From Botryllus schlosseri (Eukaryota), in contig CM119372.1 of the NCBI GenBank assembly GCA_051294905.1, forward strand, positions 8,248,001 through 8,312,000: 64,000 nucleotides of DNA. Reading direction: 5' to 3'. The translations under genes and the position numbers were made by a program. Each line of letters starts with the position of its first letter. Positions within the stretch are counted from its first letter, which is position 1. This document shows positions 53,501-63,663 of the stretch, piece after piece. The notes under the pieces are model-generated. The model did no database searches and was not told the DNA's origin. It saw only the letters and a program-made list of their open reading frames with translations.

Positions 53501-55111
53501 GTTGTAATTGAGCTGAAATGTCTCGAGGTCAAGCCAACTGACAGATGAGACCAGACCAGCCATTAATGTGACTTCGTGCATCTTACTGCATTCGGTTCGG
53601 TCTCTTTTCCCAGCATATTTAATTCGAGATTTTTAGAATTTATCTCCGATATATCCAGACCAAGCCGTACAACCGAAGAATCGCGTTGATCTTTTTGAGT
53701 ATAGAATTTAAGTCACACTCCCACAGCAACATCACAATTAAGGGTGGGCACCGGGCACCTTGATTCAAGTGCTCGAATCCGAATGGAGTATTAGTTACAG
53801 TGACTCGATTCGAGTAGTGAGAGACGGTATTTTCGCGTACTGAAATTATACACCCCTATAGGAGTAATAGCGTTTCCAGACAACTTAGTAATTTGTCAAT
53901 AAATGAAGAAACTGCATCAGAGATAGCAATATGACCAAACTCTTCGCCTTCTATGTCTTCATTTATGTTCCAGGAAATTGTCAAGCCCCAAAGATCTTCA
54001 ACGCGTGTCCAACTAGATGCCCGAAAAATTGCTTGAATCACGCTATAGAAATACAGTGCGAGTCGGGTTGTCGGCAGAACAACGTCCAATGTGTTTGCCC
54101 CGCTGGTATGGTGGAGAGAAGTTCCACTGATAGCACGTGCGTGAGCACGAATCAATGCCAAGGTGAGTTTTTTAAGTAATTCAAACACAAATCCAGGTCA
54201 CTCAAGATCATTATTCTTTCACGCAGCCGGCGGACCGTGTTTCCCGAACCCATGCCGGAACAGCGGTACGTGTATTCCGATCGGGTCAAGATATATGTGC
54301 GACTGTCTTGACGGCTACTCGGGGAGACATTGTGAAAGTAAGCTAATGAATACTGTAAATATACATGGATGGAGAATATAGGTTTATGGAGTGCCCGTGG
54401 AGACTTTTGATAACCCAATTCTGCTTTTGCACTCATTGAAATGAGAGAAAACGATTCAAATGCACCAATGCTTATGCGTTGTAGTGATTTCTGTTTACCA
54501 TATGTACCAGATTTTGGCGCCACCTTGGGCTGATGCACAAAAACAAAAACATCTCCCCGATTTTCATGTACAGTGAATGGTTGAGGATTCACATATTCAA
54601 CGTTTCCAGAAGCCCATAAAAACTCTGTGCGAAATGGAAATCTAAAATACCTCTGTATAAGTTGAAAACGCTAGTTTCTGTTTTTGTGGTATATATCATT
54701 CAAACGATGCGAACTGCCCTGCCACAGCAGCTTTAGTAGTTGCATACATTGTATCACAGTGGACTATAGTCATGGTCAATACGCGCCTTTAAGATCCGAT
54801 TTACCCCATTTCTTACGAAACTCTGGCGTTCGTTGCTTCGGAGTCGCATTTTAATCCTTTTCAGAGGACAAGAGGACAATTTCCCAAAAAAGGGGACATT
54901 TAGGCGTCCTCCGAGGACACTTTCAATTTATTGAAAAAAAGAGAGGATAAATCCTCTTATAAGAGGACGTATGGTAACCCTATTTCACCCCAATCTTTCA
55001 GTCGGATGCACAGCAGCGGTATGCTCCCCCGGTGGACGTTGCGTCAGAGGAAAGTGCGAATGTAGCGTCGGATTCCAACTCAACGGAAATGGATCTTGCT
55101 CGCGCATCTGA
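29564..55111 (+). CDS. Gene N2: large secreted mosaic protein (signal peptide; two furin-delimited Cys domains; 20 EGF-like; TIL; TSP1; TIL; EGF; EGF-like), about 1285 aa, no transmembrane segment seen
   Basis: 30 phase-compatible GT-AG exons: 29564-29618, 32503-32785, 32950-33083, 33164-33374, 33447-33631, 34939-35052, 35124-35240, 36782-36895, 36966-37088, 37162-37278, 37916-38035, 39279-39377, 39460-39579, 41743-41841, 41935-42054, 43500-43598, 43687-43806, 44302-44400, 44475-44594, 46390-46488, 46553-46663, 47661-47783, 48537-48635, 49739-49858, 52865-52966, 53037-53231, 53293-53442, 53974-54162, 54227-54337, 55002-55111 (TGA). They sum to 3858 nt with an open frame throughout. Signal peptide MNLRITALLLAFAISSIEA. 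Confidence 0.9.
31112..31680. mobile_element. hAT-type MITE (TAGGGTTGCATTTAAAACAA TIR)
   Basis: 20-bp TIR; perfect TSD TTTGCGCG; siblings at 25630-26004, 28345-28576, 42796-43029 and a fragment near 12820. Confidence 0.92.
32503..33631 (+). CDS. N2 exons 2-5: propeptide plus the two unrecognised cysteine-rich domains
   Basis: RRRRKR and RGKR sites; FFTQCMLEK...RSWKSVIDFVFRDTRW...QYC; SCWQGRINFLL...KECIQEY; YDNCI...YPSLRSW...DKFVKEHVSNCR; EVCPL...PCLSEIY...KSCTE. Collinear with N1 exons 2-5. Confidence 0.9.
34201..34428 (-). mobile_element. LINE 3' UTR fragment (same family as 27724-28345)
   Basis: Reverse-complement match to 28056-28330 with an internal deletion; short tandem tail at 34201-34221. 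Confidence 0.85.
34939..52966 (+). CDS. N2 array of 20 single-exon EGF-like modules (all phase 1-1)
   Basis: Each exon is 99-123 nt with six Cys. Type A example DPCASVRCPANSNCVNGDCVCDVGFELVDGRC (C-x4-C-x5-C-x4-C-x-C-x10-C); type B example NPCAGVRCGPNMRCVSGNCVCRSGFVRAPNNRPGC. Confidence 0.92.
37798..37821 (+). pseudogene. Relic of a dead type-A EGF exon
   Basis: TTTTAG|ATTTGTG...CGTTGCAGAC|TTAAGCGTTTCGAGTGC versus functional TTTCAG|ATCCGTG...CGTTGCAGAA|GTAAGCGTTTCGAGTGC: internal deletion and loss of the GT donor. Confidence 0.7.
42796..43029. mobile_element. Internally deleted TAGGGTTGCA MITE inserted in an older MITE remnant of one repeat unit
   Basis: Both TIRs present; absent at the homologous sites of the other units (about 38800 and 40325). 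Confidence 0.8.
46865..47482. mobile_element. Long-TIR MITE related to the 52080-52519 family
   Basis: 46924-47001 is the reverse complement of about 47337-47416; shares the TTCCAACxxGTAGAAG motifs. Confidence 0.7.
49886..50475 (-). mobile_element. LINE (L2/CR1/Crack-like) ORF2 C-terminus and 3' UTR, decayed
   Basis: Minus-strand remnant ...RSIKYAGPQLWNSISPATRQSSSMSTLKSK*KQFLLNDY; upstream KSLFKRFGVL...FMYQ broken by a frameshift. Confidence 0.85.
52080..52519. mobile_element. TA-flanked long-TIR MITE (Tc1/mariner-pogo type)
   Basis: TA|GGGCTGCTCAAAAATAACTTTTTGTCCGGATTCCAGCCATTCAC...GTGAATGGCTGGAATCCGGGACAAAAAGTTATTTTAAACAGCCC|TA, with about 90 bp of inverted homology. Confidence 0.9.
53037..54162 (+). 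CDS. N2 TIL-TSP1-TIL exons
   Basis: Two 10-Cys TIL-pattern exons (53037-53231, 53974-54162) share CVCPxGxVERSSTDSTCV. The TSP1 exon 53293-53442 has WRPWGGW, CSRTCGGG and TRERTC. Confidence 0.9.
54227..55111 (+). CDS. N2 final exons: canonical EGF and terminal EGF-like module
   Basis: PCFPNPCRNSGTCIPIGSRYMCDCLDGYSGRHCE, then GCTAAVCSPGGRCVRGKCECSVGFQLNGNGSCSRI* (TGA 55109-55111). Confidence 0.88.
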
Positions 55112-55332
55112 TTTTTCATTTTCATTTACATTTTGCGACGACAGAGTGGTTTATCGTTAAAACCGTAATGAAATTGTGACGAAATCTCTCTCGGAACACC
55201 GTTCTGGTGATTATTTGAGTATAGACATGAGGAAAACGATTGAAAGAAATTATGATGCGCCGTATGGAGGCTCGCAGTTCGAGTGTAGACATATTTCAGC
55301 AGATTGGCATAGGAACGTGAAATGGTCACTGG

Positions 55333-55449
55333 AAATGTTCCCTCTAAGCTGCGCGCGTGCGCAAATGCACAGTGCTAACACGGTGAGTGTGACTTGGTGA
55401 GTGACTTGGTGAGTGTGCGCAGACTCGTCAAAAATTAGAGGGAACATTG
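55333..55449. mobile_element. 117-bp hAT MITE in the presumed N2 3' UTR or flank
   Basis: AATGTTCCCTCTAA...TTAGAGGGAACATT; perfect TSD GTCACTGG. Confidence 0.9.
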
Positions 55450-55964
55450 GTCACTGGCCAGAGGCATCAAGAAAGTATCGTGCGAGGACAAAATAGACGT
55501 GATCATCATTATTATTTGTGGTGGTACTAATAGTATTGTAAAAGAAATGTATCACATATAAAGGTCTGATGCGTCACTGTCTGTAATGCCATGTGTCACA
55601 AAATACATTGGAATTTAATTGATCGATGCACAATACGGATAATTATCGCACGAATCTATTACATGAGATGTATGTATAGCAATGTATAGGACCCTCAATG
55701 TCACAGGTGCGCCAAGCCGGCGTCTGCCGGCATGTACACTGCACCATGGTATAGGCTATGACTGCACGAGTGCACGTATACACGAACTAGGCGACAGGGC
55801 TTGATAGTTCGGGCAAAACTAAGATATCATATCGTCACGATATCTAATTTATAGTATTTTATGTTATGCTCCCAAGGCGCGGATTTACACCCGAAAATTC
55901 GGAAGCTGTCAAAATCGACTATAACAAACTTTTGAGCGACGTATAGTATTATTAGTATTATTAT

Positions 55965-56236
55965 GGAAAATTGAAAAAAATTCAAATTTTTCCGTCAACC
56001 ACATGAAATTGTTGAGTTGTCTGCCAAGACGATGCAAAACAATGTGACTCAATGCCAACAAGTAGAAGCGTTATTTGAGTTATTCGTTGATAATTCTCGG
56101 ACTATCCTTGATTGGTGGAGGCTTTGCGAAGGCTTTAATTGAACCAAATTTGGTGTGCAGCGTCTTTTAAGGTAACCTGACAATTTAATCAGTGAATGGT
56201 TGTAACCCGGGAAAAAAGGTATTTTTGAACAGGCCT
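55965..56236. mobile_element. Partial copy of the 52080-52519 MITE family
   Basis: Matches 2630-2782 directly, then ends in the family terminus GGGAAAAAAGGTATTTTTGAACAGGCCTA. Confidence 0.75.
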
Positions 56237-56744
56237 AGTTCAATGCCTATAGCTATTGAAACTGTTCTTCTTCGTCACTTCGTCACTTTCCAATACCTCC
56301 CTTTCAATTAGTTTCCTGCCAAGTCCGAGTGTTCACAACATTTAATTGTATTTGGCTAACGATAATCTCTTAACTACGTGTCAAATTTAGTCTGCGATAG
56401 TTATAGCACGAATACAAGATGAGGTAACTTTCGTATTGGATGATTGACAAAACACTATTATTCCTGTCATGATGTCAGACTTGAATAAAATACATCGTTA
56501 TTGACGTGCAAGCTGCGAGAGGCAACCTGAAGTGGTTTTGTGTTTGAGATAATTATGGTTCAATAGCGGGGCTATAATACAAAACACATCTTATTACCTA
56601 TAGCCTATAATAAAATTGATGTAACCAAAATTCGGAAGTCATTTCATTGAAATGCGGCTAAGATTAATCCAATTGTGATAACACATTCACGATTAATCCA
56701 TCACACAAAAGATAGGCGATATGTTTTTCAATACAACGCACGTC

Positions 56745-56751
56745 TATATAA
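56745..56751 (+). promoter_or_regulatory. Candidate TATA box of the annexin gene
   Basis: TATATAA 200 bp upstream of ATG 56945; motif only. Confidence 0.35.
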
Positions 56752-56944
56752 GCAGTTTGACAAGAATAAGCACCCTTCGTCACGTTGTAAAGATGTGCTA
56801 TTATTGATATCTGCATAGTCGACGTGTCAGAAACAGTTATATTTCATCTACAAAGCATATATCCTGATGTCATGGCCTACCTGTGGCAATAGACGTTAAC
56901 TAGATACGGTTGAAGAATCTTTTGCCTATAATTCACAAATTATT

Positions 56945-59900
56945 ATGGGTGAACAGGGAACAGTGAAACCGTGCAAGCACTTTAATCCGGAAAGGGATGC
57001 TGGGTTATTATATGGTAATCTTCGTGGACTTGGTAAGTACGTGTTTATAGCCATCATTATTACTGTGATTACTGTGTGGTGGTGTTCGCAGGACGCGGTG
57101 ACATTACTTCCTAGTGTCCACGTCCAGTCGTCCACTCATACTAATGGCGGTAATAGGCGCATGCGACTTTTTGATGATTACTGTTATTCATGGTGTTTCG
57201 ACATCTATGATCAACTATCATTGATCAATTTAGACCAGGCATAGATATTCTTTATTACGATCTCTAAGTTGGTGAATGAGAATCGCGACCTACGTCCGTT
57301 CTAGGCTCTAATTATCAAGACAGCCTAGGATGTGGTGGAGCCTAGATAACCCTCCGATACTTAGGAAGGGTTCAGGAGTCGATTTCGGTCGGACTCGAGC
57401 CTGCAACCAATTAGTGTTGCAAGCACTGGATCATATAATGGAGCATGTGCTTGTCGTTACATTAAAATATGTTGCTAGCGGATTTCATTTAGTTCAGGGG
57501 CGGCCAACCCGTGGCCCGCGAGAAGGTTTTGAGTGGCCATCGTGGTAATTTTCGAAATTGGTTACATTATCACAAAATAAATTGCCCACGTGATTCATTG
57601 TGAACTCGCAAGGTCAACCAAAACTGTGATTAGACTGAAATTTGGGATGTCTATGACTAAAAAAGCAATGGTTTCAACTAATTGGCCACCTTCCATATTT
57701 TCGTATATCTTTGTAAATTAGCATAAGGTATAGAATATTCCGCGGATGAATAATTTAACATGCTTTTGGTAACCCTAATACGCCTAATATACAGAATTGG
57801 GTCTTTTTGTATTCGCAATTATTAGATCACGGAGTATTCCCATTATTACTTGTGTGGAGTTGTGGTGCTTCAGTCACACTAAATAAATGTCAGCGATTTT
57901 GGTGCGTAATCAGATATACTCCTTGAGTTCACCTTTACGTTGTCATAGTTCTAGACCAGGGGTGGCCAACCTTTTCGGTCAAAGGGCCACATGTGATTTA
58001 CAAACCATTGCGCGGGTCACTTGGATGTTGATGACCTTTCTTTAGTTGTCAGATAGGAGTGATCCAGATTAGGTAACGTTGAAAACAAGACTTATCTTGG
58101 TACCCATCAAAATCAATAACAATGATGTCATGAAAACTCCTAACCGCGCCAAGCTCGAACATTTTTCAAAGTTAATGAATGAATTCGCCCAATAATATTG
58201 TTACTTGCATCTATTGCGAGTCGCCTCAATATTCGGCTGGGCTCATTTGGCAAGGAGAGATCAATTTGGCGTATGGACATATCAACACCGAAGACTTCGG
58301 CGTACATACATCTATCATTTTGTGCAAAGGTTTCATCGCCGACGATCTTTCTGCGAGTGCAGACCCGACGTTGCATGTTGTAGGTCACGTTCTCTTAAAA
58401 TTGTGAATATAGTTCGACTAATTTCTGTAAATTGAGCATATCTTTAATTTTCAATTTTTAGGAGCAGTACCAATGCTAAAAGTAAGAAATCGAGTAACAA
58501 TAAATCGCGCGAAATGCTAAGAAAATTTTCAAGTAAAATAACTCTTTCACGAAATATGCTAGTTTATGGTAATATACGAAGATCTACGAAAAATGTGGCC
58601 GGCCCCTGGCTACGCATATGAGTCGGAACTGATATTTTAGTCATCAAAATCCCAAATTTCGTGGTCAGGCTATATTATCAAATTTTTGGCTGGCCTTTCA
58701 AGTTCATAAATAAATCACTTGGATAATTAGATTTTAAATAATATATCCAATTTAAAAATGACCTCGCGGGCCATGTGTGGCCCGCGGGACACGGATTGGC
58801 CGCCCTTGTTCAGTGGGCATGCCTCTTCTTTCCTTCGCCTAGGCCAAGGTGGGTGTCTGATCTTAAAGGCTACTCCAAGTTGTTTCGACACCTTCCTATT
58901 TTTCCATTGTATCGCAGACTTGTGATGTTTTGAAATGATGAAAATATTAATAAAAACTGATTGATACAAGGTCATCAATGCTCAATTGACCTGCGCAATG
59001 GTTTCGAAACCGCTTGTGGCCTTTTAGCCATAAAGGTAGGCCACCCCTGATCTAGATATTCCCAACCAGAAGAATCCTCTCAAATAGGCACATATCTCGT
59101 GTTTTATGTACTTCCAGCTAGTGATTCAAGCTATTCGGCTATCATCAATATCTTATCCAAACGATCGAGTGCGCAACGCGTTGAAATTCTATTCGGATAC
59201 CATGCAATGTACGGAAGGGTGAGTCTGACTATGAAGGCTGAATCTTGTTTTAAATTGATTGCAATATTTCTGCTGTTGCGGAAGGACCTTATACAAGATA
59301 TCAAGTCGGGATTGTCAGGGGACTTTCAACAAACTGCGGCGTCTATGTTATTAACACCTGCCGAGTATGATGCGACATCTCTTTATAAGGCACTGAAAGG
59401 CCTAAAAATCGAAGCAAGGGTAAGAAGATCCTATTCAACTATACCAATCGCTGGAATATAGAATTTGGATAATTCTCGATTTACGAATTCTCGAAGTACT
59501 GTCGAGATAGATATGATTGCGTTACCATATATTCTTACGATTAAGCTATATTGAGAAATCGTGAATGCAATCGGAACTAACATGTGATTGATGTTTGCGA
59601 TTCGTGCGACGTTACATTAAGCTAGTTGAGTAATGAGTCAGATCAATTAATGCATGTATAACTGACTCGATATCAGTGTTGGGATGACTCGAGTCAGACT
59701 CGAGTCAAATTTTTCGTATGACTTGACTTGACTCGAGTCACTTTGCAAAAATGACTTGACTTGACTTGACTCGGCGCTTCAGAATTGCGGATTGACTCGT
59801 GATTCGGAGCAAAATTTACGAGTCAATTTCAAGTCATCAATAAGTAAACGGTATCGACCAAATCCCTGTATCATGTGTATTGTGTATACTCGGATTATTA

Positions 59901-62799
59901 GCTAGGGATGGTGTGAACGCGAGGTTCACGTTCGCGTTCTGTCTGTGAACCTCGGAAATTGAAAGGTTCACGTTCACAAACGAACCTTGGTAGGTTCCGC
60001 ACTGTGAACCTTTTTCATATATTACCATTTTACCGTCATCATAACATATTTGGCTGAACTTTGCCATTTCATCTGCGTGCCACTCTATGAATGGCGCTGG
60101 CACTGGCAGCATAAACAAAATAAACACTGAACGAGCATGCACCTTGACAATCTCAAAAATTTTACCTGCTTTGTTACAAAAGTCTGCTCGAAATATCCAG
60201 CTTTCTGTTCGTGAATATTTAGTGACTCTCTGGCGTGAGCTTGACCCGCAATCACACAACATCAAGAGCAAAATACGCTACATCTCGATTTCATATGTTT
60301 ATTGTATCATAAAATCTAAATCCGTACGATTGGGGTGTTAGCTACTGCTGCATAACTTGTTAATGTGGTGAAACCCGTTTTACATTATGCTCAACATCAA
60401 TGTAGCAACACTTAGACGCCGAATAAATTGTCCGGTCTGGCCTAAACCGTTAAGACGTAGGCTTACCCTTGCAAGTCCTCGTCAAAACTGTTGGCAAAGC
60501 GACGGAGGATATTGATTTTATGGGATTATTGTATCATTTGATTGCTGCAGTTGATACATTTGGCCATGTTTAAAAAGTCAGTATGTACTTCAGCACTCTG
60601 CCATTATGTAGCCCGAGCCGTCGCTAGGTATCTAGTACATTAAGGTATATCACTTCCTTGAAATGTAGGGTTGGAATTAGCAATATGACGTCACGTGACG
60701 TCATGAGGTTCGCGTTCACACAGAACCTTTCAAAAAGGTTCGCGTTCACACGAACCTGAACCTTTCAGAGGTTCACACCATCCCTATTAATATTAGCGAT
60801 AAGCCGGTGACACTTGTGAGAGCATCCAGTCATTCACTTATTGTACGTTTCACTGGTCCTCCATTGTTACATCACAAATATATTGGCCGCAAACGAAATG
60901 ATCACGGCCTACGTTGCCGTAGTAGTAAGTAGATTAATAGCAACGTATCTCTGTTTCTTAGACGGCTCAGTGCTTACATTGCGCAGTGCTCACCTTTACC
61001 AACCATCTTGTATGATTTAAATACAATGAATATAGTTCATGCATTTGTATTCTCACGGATGTATAGCTGGGTAGGGTAGTGTACCATATCAATCTGTTTG
61101 AACTTCTCGACGCTTCGTATTCGAATATCTATATTGGCGGATAATAACATTAATAACAGACTGTAGCATGTTACTATACAGTTACTCACGTATTTTATTA
61201 GTAGTTCTACGTGTGCGTGTGCGATACAATGCAATTTTGCATGTATATTCAACTTTATATTCGTTATTTGATTCAAGATAGAGGGCTAATTATTTTGTCT
61301 TTCACACTGCTCGCAAAATGTTATGACTAGGGCAATTTTTTTTTTGACCTAAAAAACGGAAGATTTTGACCTAAAAAATTTAAATTTTGACCTTTTTTGA
61401 CCTAAAAAAACTGAAATTTGACCAAATTTTGACCTCACGTATGCAAATTAGGTGTTTTCGCATATAATGTTAAAATTGTACTACTTATCTTCATTTCTGG
61501 TTGGAACTGTCTGTCCTTACAAAGTAGATTGGCCTGAAAAAACGTTTTTGGCTTAAAAACTGACAGATTTTTACATGAAAATCTAGTATTTTAACGAAAT
61601 CTGGCCCTATGAAGAATTCCAGTAGTTACATTACGTATTCTGGTGGAAATAATTAAAATTTGTTGTAATACAACGAAAGATCCTTTCCTACATTCTCGGG
61701 TAGAAAGTGTCTGTCCTTACTACGTAGCTTGCCAAGAACGGACAAAGAACGTTCAACAGCAGCATTTGTTGGCTGACAACACTCAAGTTGTGTGCACACT
61801 GCTGGTGACAAACCGTGTTGCTTCATTCTGACAATGTTGTCTATATCACAATTTTTCAGCTTGCGCTTCTTGATATAAGAACCATGCAATGTCCAAGCAG
61901 TCTTGCTTCAGCTAGGATATTGCGGTACGTTGACCATAAAACCATGTCACTATTTGTTTCATTTGACCATTTATGATTCACAATGAGCAGACGATGGTCC
62001 GTTTACAACGGTAGGCCTATAAAGTAGGCTACAAGCTGTAAAATATCAAATGATAAGTTCACCGACAGCGCAAAATCTACGATACAAACGAAATGCAGAG
62101 GTCAAAAAATGTTTGACTTTGCAAACAATTTTGACAAATTTTGACCTAACGCTACAATTTTGACCTAATTTTGACTTTTTTTGACATGTCAAAAAAAAAT
62201 TGCCCTAGTTATGACTTTGAATCATCACTCCTACTTCGAAAATTCAATTTGACTTGAATTGTGACTTGACTCGTGACTTGACTTGACTTGACTCGACTTG
62301 ACTCGAGTCACCTCCAAAAATCGAGTGACTTGACTTGACTCGAGTCACCTTCGAAAATCGATTGACTTGACTTGACTCGAGTCATAATCTGCAATGACTC
62401 GAGATGACTCGTGACTCGAAGGTAGTGACTTGATCCCAACACTGCTCGATATAGCATATTATATTAACCTCTATCAAGTAGCCTACCTAATATTCCTAAA
62501 GTGACCGAACGACCAGTATATACATAAGCCTTACAGACCTTAATTAAAAGCACTTCGTTTGTGTTTCGTTTGCAACAATATTTTGATGCAATAAGTTGGG
62601 TGTTGTCTTGGAATGATAATTTCCTACTTAATGTTTGTGATATCTTCAGGTTCTTGTGGAAATACTTCTGACACGAAGCGCCGAAGAGATAAAATGTATG
62701 AAGGAAAGTTATTCCGTTAAATATCACCGTAGTCTTGAAACCGACATTGAGCAGAGCTGCTCCGGAAATTTGAAAACATTCCTTCTGAAAATTGTTGCG
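56945..62799 (+). CDS. Annexin family protein, 5' part (repeats I-II); continues beyond the window
   Basis: Exons 56945-57032 (MGEQGTVKPCKHFNPERDAGLLYGNLRGL), 59118-59218 (ASDSSYSAIINILSKRSSAQRVEILFGYHAMYGR), 59285-59419 (DLIQDIKSGLSGDFQQTAASMLLTPAEYDATSLYKALKGLKIEAR), 62650-62799 (VLVEILLTRSAEEIKCMKESYSVKYHRSLETDIEQSCSGNLKTFLLKIVA). Annexin hallmarks: GTVKP..FNP..DA, IL.KRS.AQR..I, DL..DIKS.LSGDF, P.EYDA..L.KA.KG, EIL.TRS. Confidence 0.93.
57232..57425 (-). mobile_element. Degraded copy of the tRNA-derived SINE
   Basis: Shares ACCAGGC...CTAGGCT...GGAGCCTAG...GTCGA..TCGGTCGGACTCGA...GTGTTGCA with 27815-28039. Confidence 0.7.
57495..59049. mobile_element. Composite of two same-family hAT MITEs (inner inverted copy 57957-58808) plus a LINE 3' fragment (58809-58965)
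   Basis: Four family termini in order A(57495), B(57957), A(58808), B(59049); outer flanks ATTTAGTT/ATCTAGAT. Confidence 0.65.
59903..60786. mobile_element. Nested hAT-type MITE (TAGGGATGGTGTGAAC TIR)
   Basis: Perfect 16-bp TIR; GGTTCAC/GTGAACC subterminal repeats; TATTAGC on both flanks (imperfect TSD). Confidence 0.88.
61328..62207 (-). mobile_element. Nested hAT deletion derivative (TAGGGCAATTTTT TIR) retaining a transposase C-terminal remnant
   Basis: Perfect TSD GTTATGAC; TTTGACC repeats. Minus ORF 61653-61889 contains QPTNAAVERSLSVLGKLRSKDRHFLPENV, matching the hAT dimerisation motif P.(T/S)...ER.FS. Confidence 0.88.
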
Positions 62800-62873
62800 G
62801 TAAGTATGGCGTCTCTCAATCAGAATTGCTGCAGCCTTAAAATAGTGAGTGTAAAATGTCGAAATCTCTAGGA

Positions 62874-63663
62874 CAGTGGTTCTCAATCTTTTTGTTTTTG
62901 CGGACCCCACGAACCTCCGTGGATTCCCTTGAGTTTTCGTTCAAAATTATACCAATTATCGTGCAACTATCATCTCTCTTGTGCAAATATTAACTGTAGG
63001 CTTGTGAGAAACAGCTACAAAATGACTTTGTTTTTTGAAAAGAACATCATACCATATGTAGAAATTGGGTAAACTTTTATTATTTGGAAGCGAATTTTAC
63101 AGCTGTATTTATTGTCTTAAAAATTCCAGTCTTCGATTTGATATGAACGAGTGCCGAAAATAATTCAACAAAGATAGGTGCTGGGGAATGTAATAGTAAC
63201 GCGCAACGCTTCCGACGACACCTTTTGGTATGATCGCAACATATATGGCACCAAAGTTGAAAAACAGAGTATTTAATGAACTTATAAAGTCCAGCCTTGT
63301 CATTTATATCTAGCATCTCATCTTGAAGTTATTCTGGAATGGTGGTTGCGTATGTCACAGGAGAAAATGGATTTCGTGACGTGGTTTCAATCCTTTCATT
63401 TGGGACAGATTAGGAAAACAATTCAGAAATTTCAGTAGCTATTGGCAATTTGTGTATTAAAATGAGTTTGTATAGTAGGATATTTTATCTCAGACGACTA
63501 TTGTAATGATGTTAGTCCTTAAGTTTTAGCAATTAGGAAGCAAAACTGTCTCATGATTTCCCTAATTAAACAAACACAAATCAGGTTATCAACCATTTTA
63601 CAAATTCAGAGGTTTCGCGGACCCCCTGAAAACGCTTCGCGGAACGCCGGTTGAGAACCACTG
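62874..63663. mobile_element. hAT (Charlie/Buster-like) MITE
   Basis: CAGTGGTTCTCAA...TTGAGAACCACTG; TSD CTCTAGGA/CTCTTGGA. Confidence 0.9.

Larger units (their letters stand above)
59674..62444. mobile_element. CAGTGTTGGGAT-family hAT MITE in an annexin intron, hosting two nested elements
   Basis: TIRs, (TTGAC)n arrays and perfect TSD CTCGATAT (59666-59673, 62445-62452). Confidence 0.93.

Noticed and set aside
29564..55111. Identification of N2 as Notch, fibrillin, tenascin, SCO-spondin, zonadhesin or a VC70-type vitelline-coat protein
   Set aside because: No calcium-binding EGF consensus, LNR, TB, FN3, VWD, ZP or transmembrane segment in the reconstructed protein, so no gene symbol is assigned.
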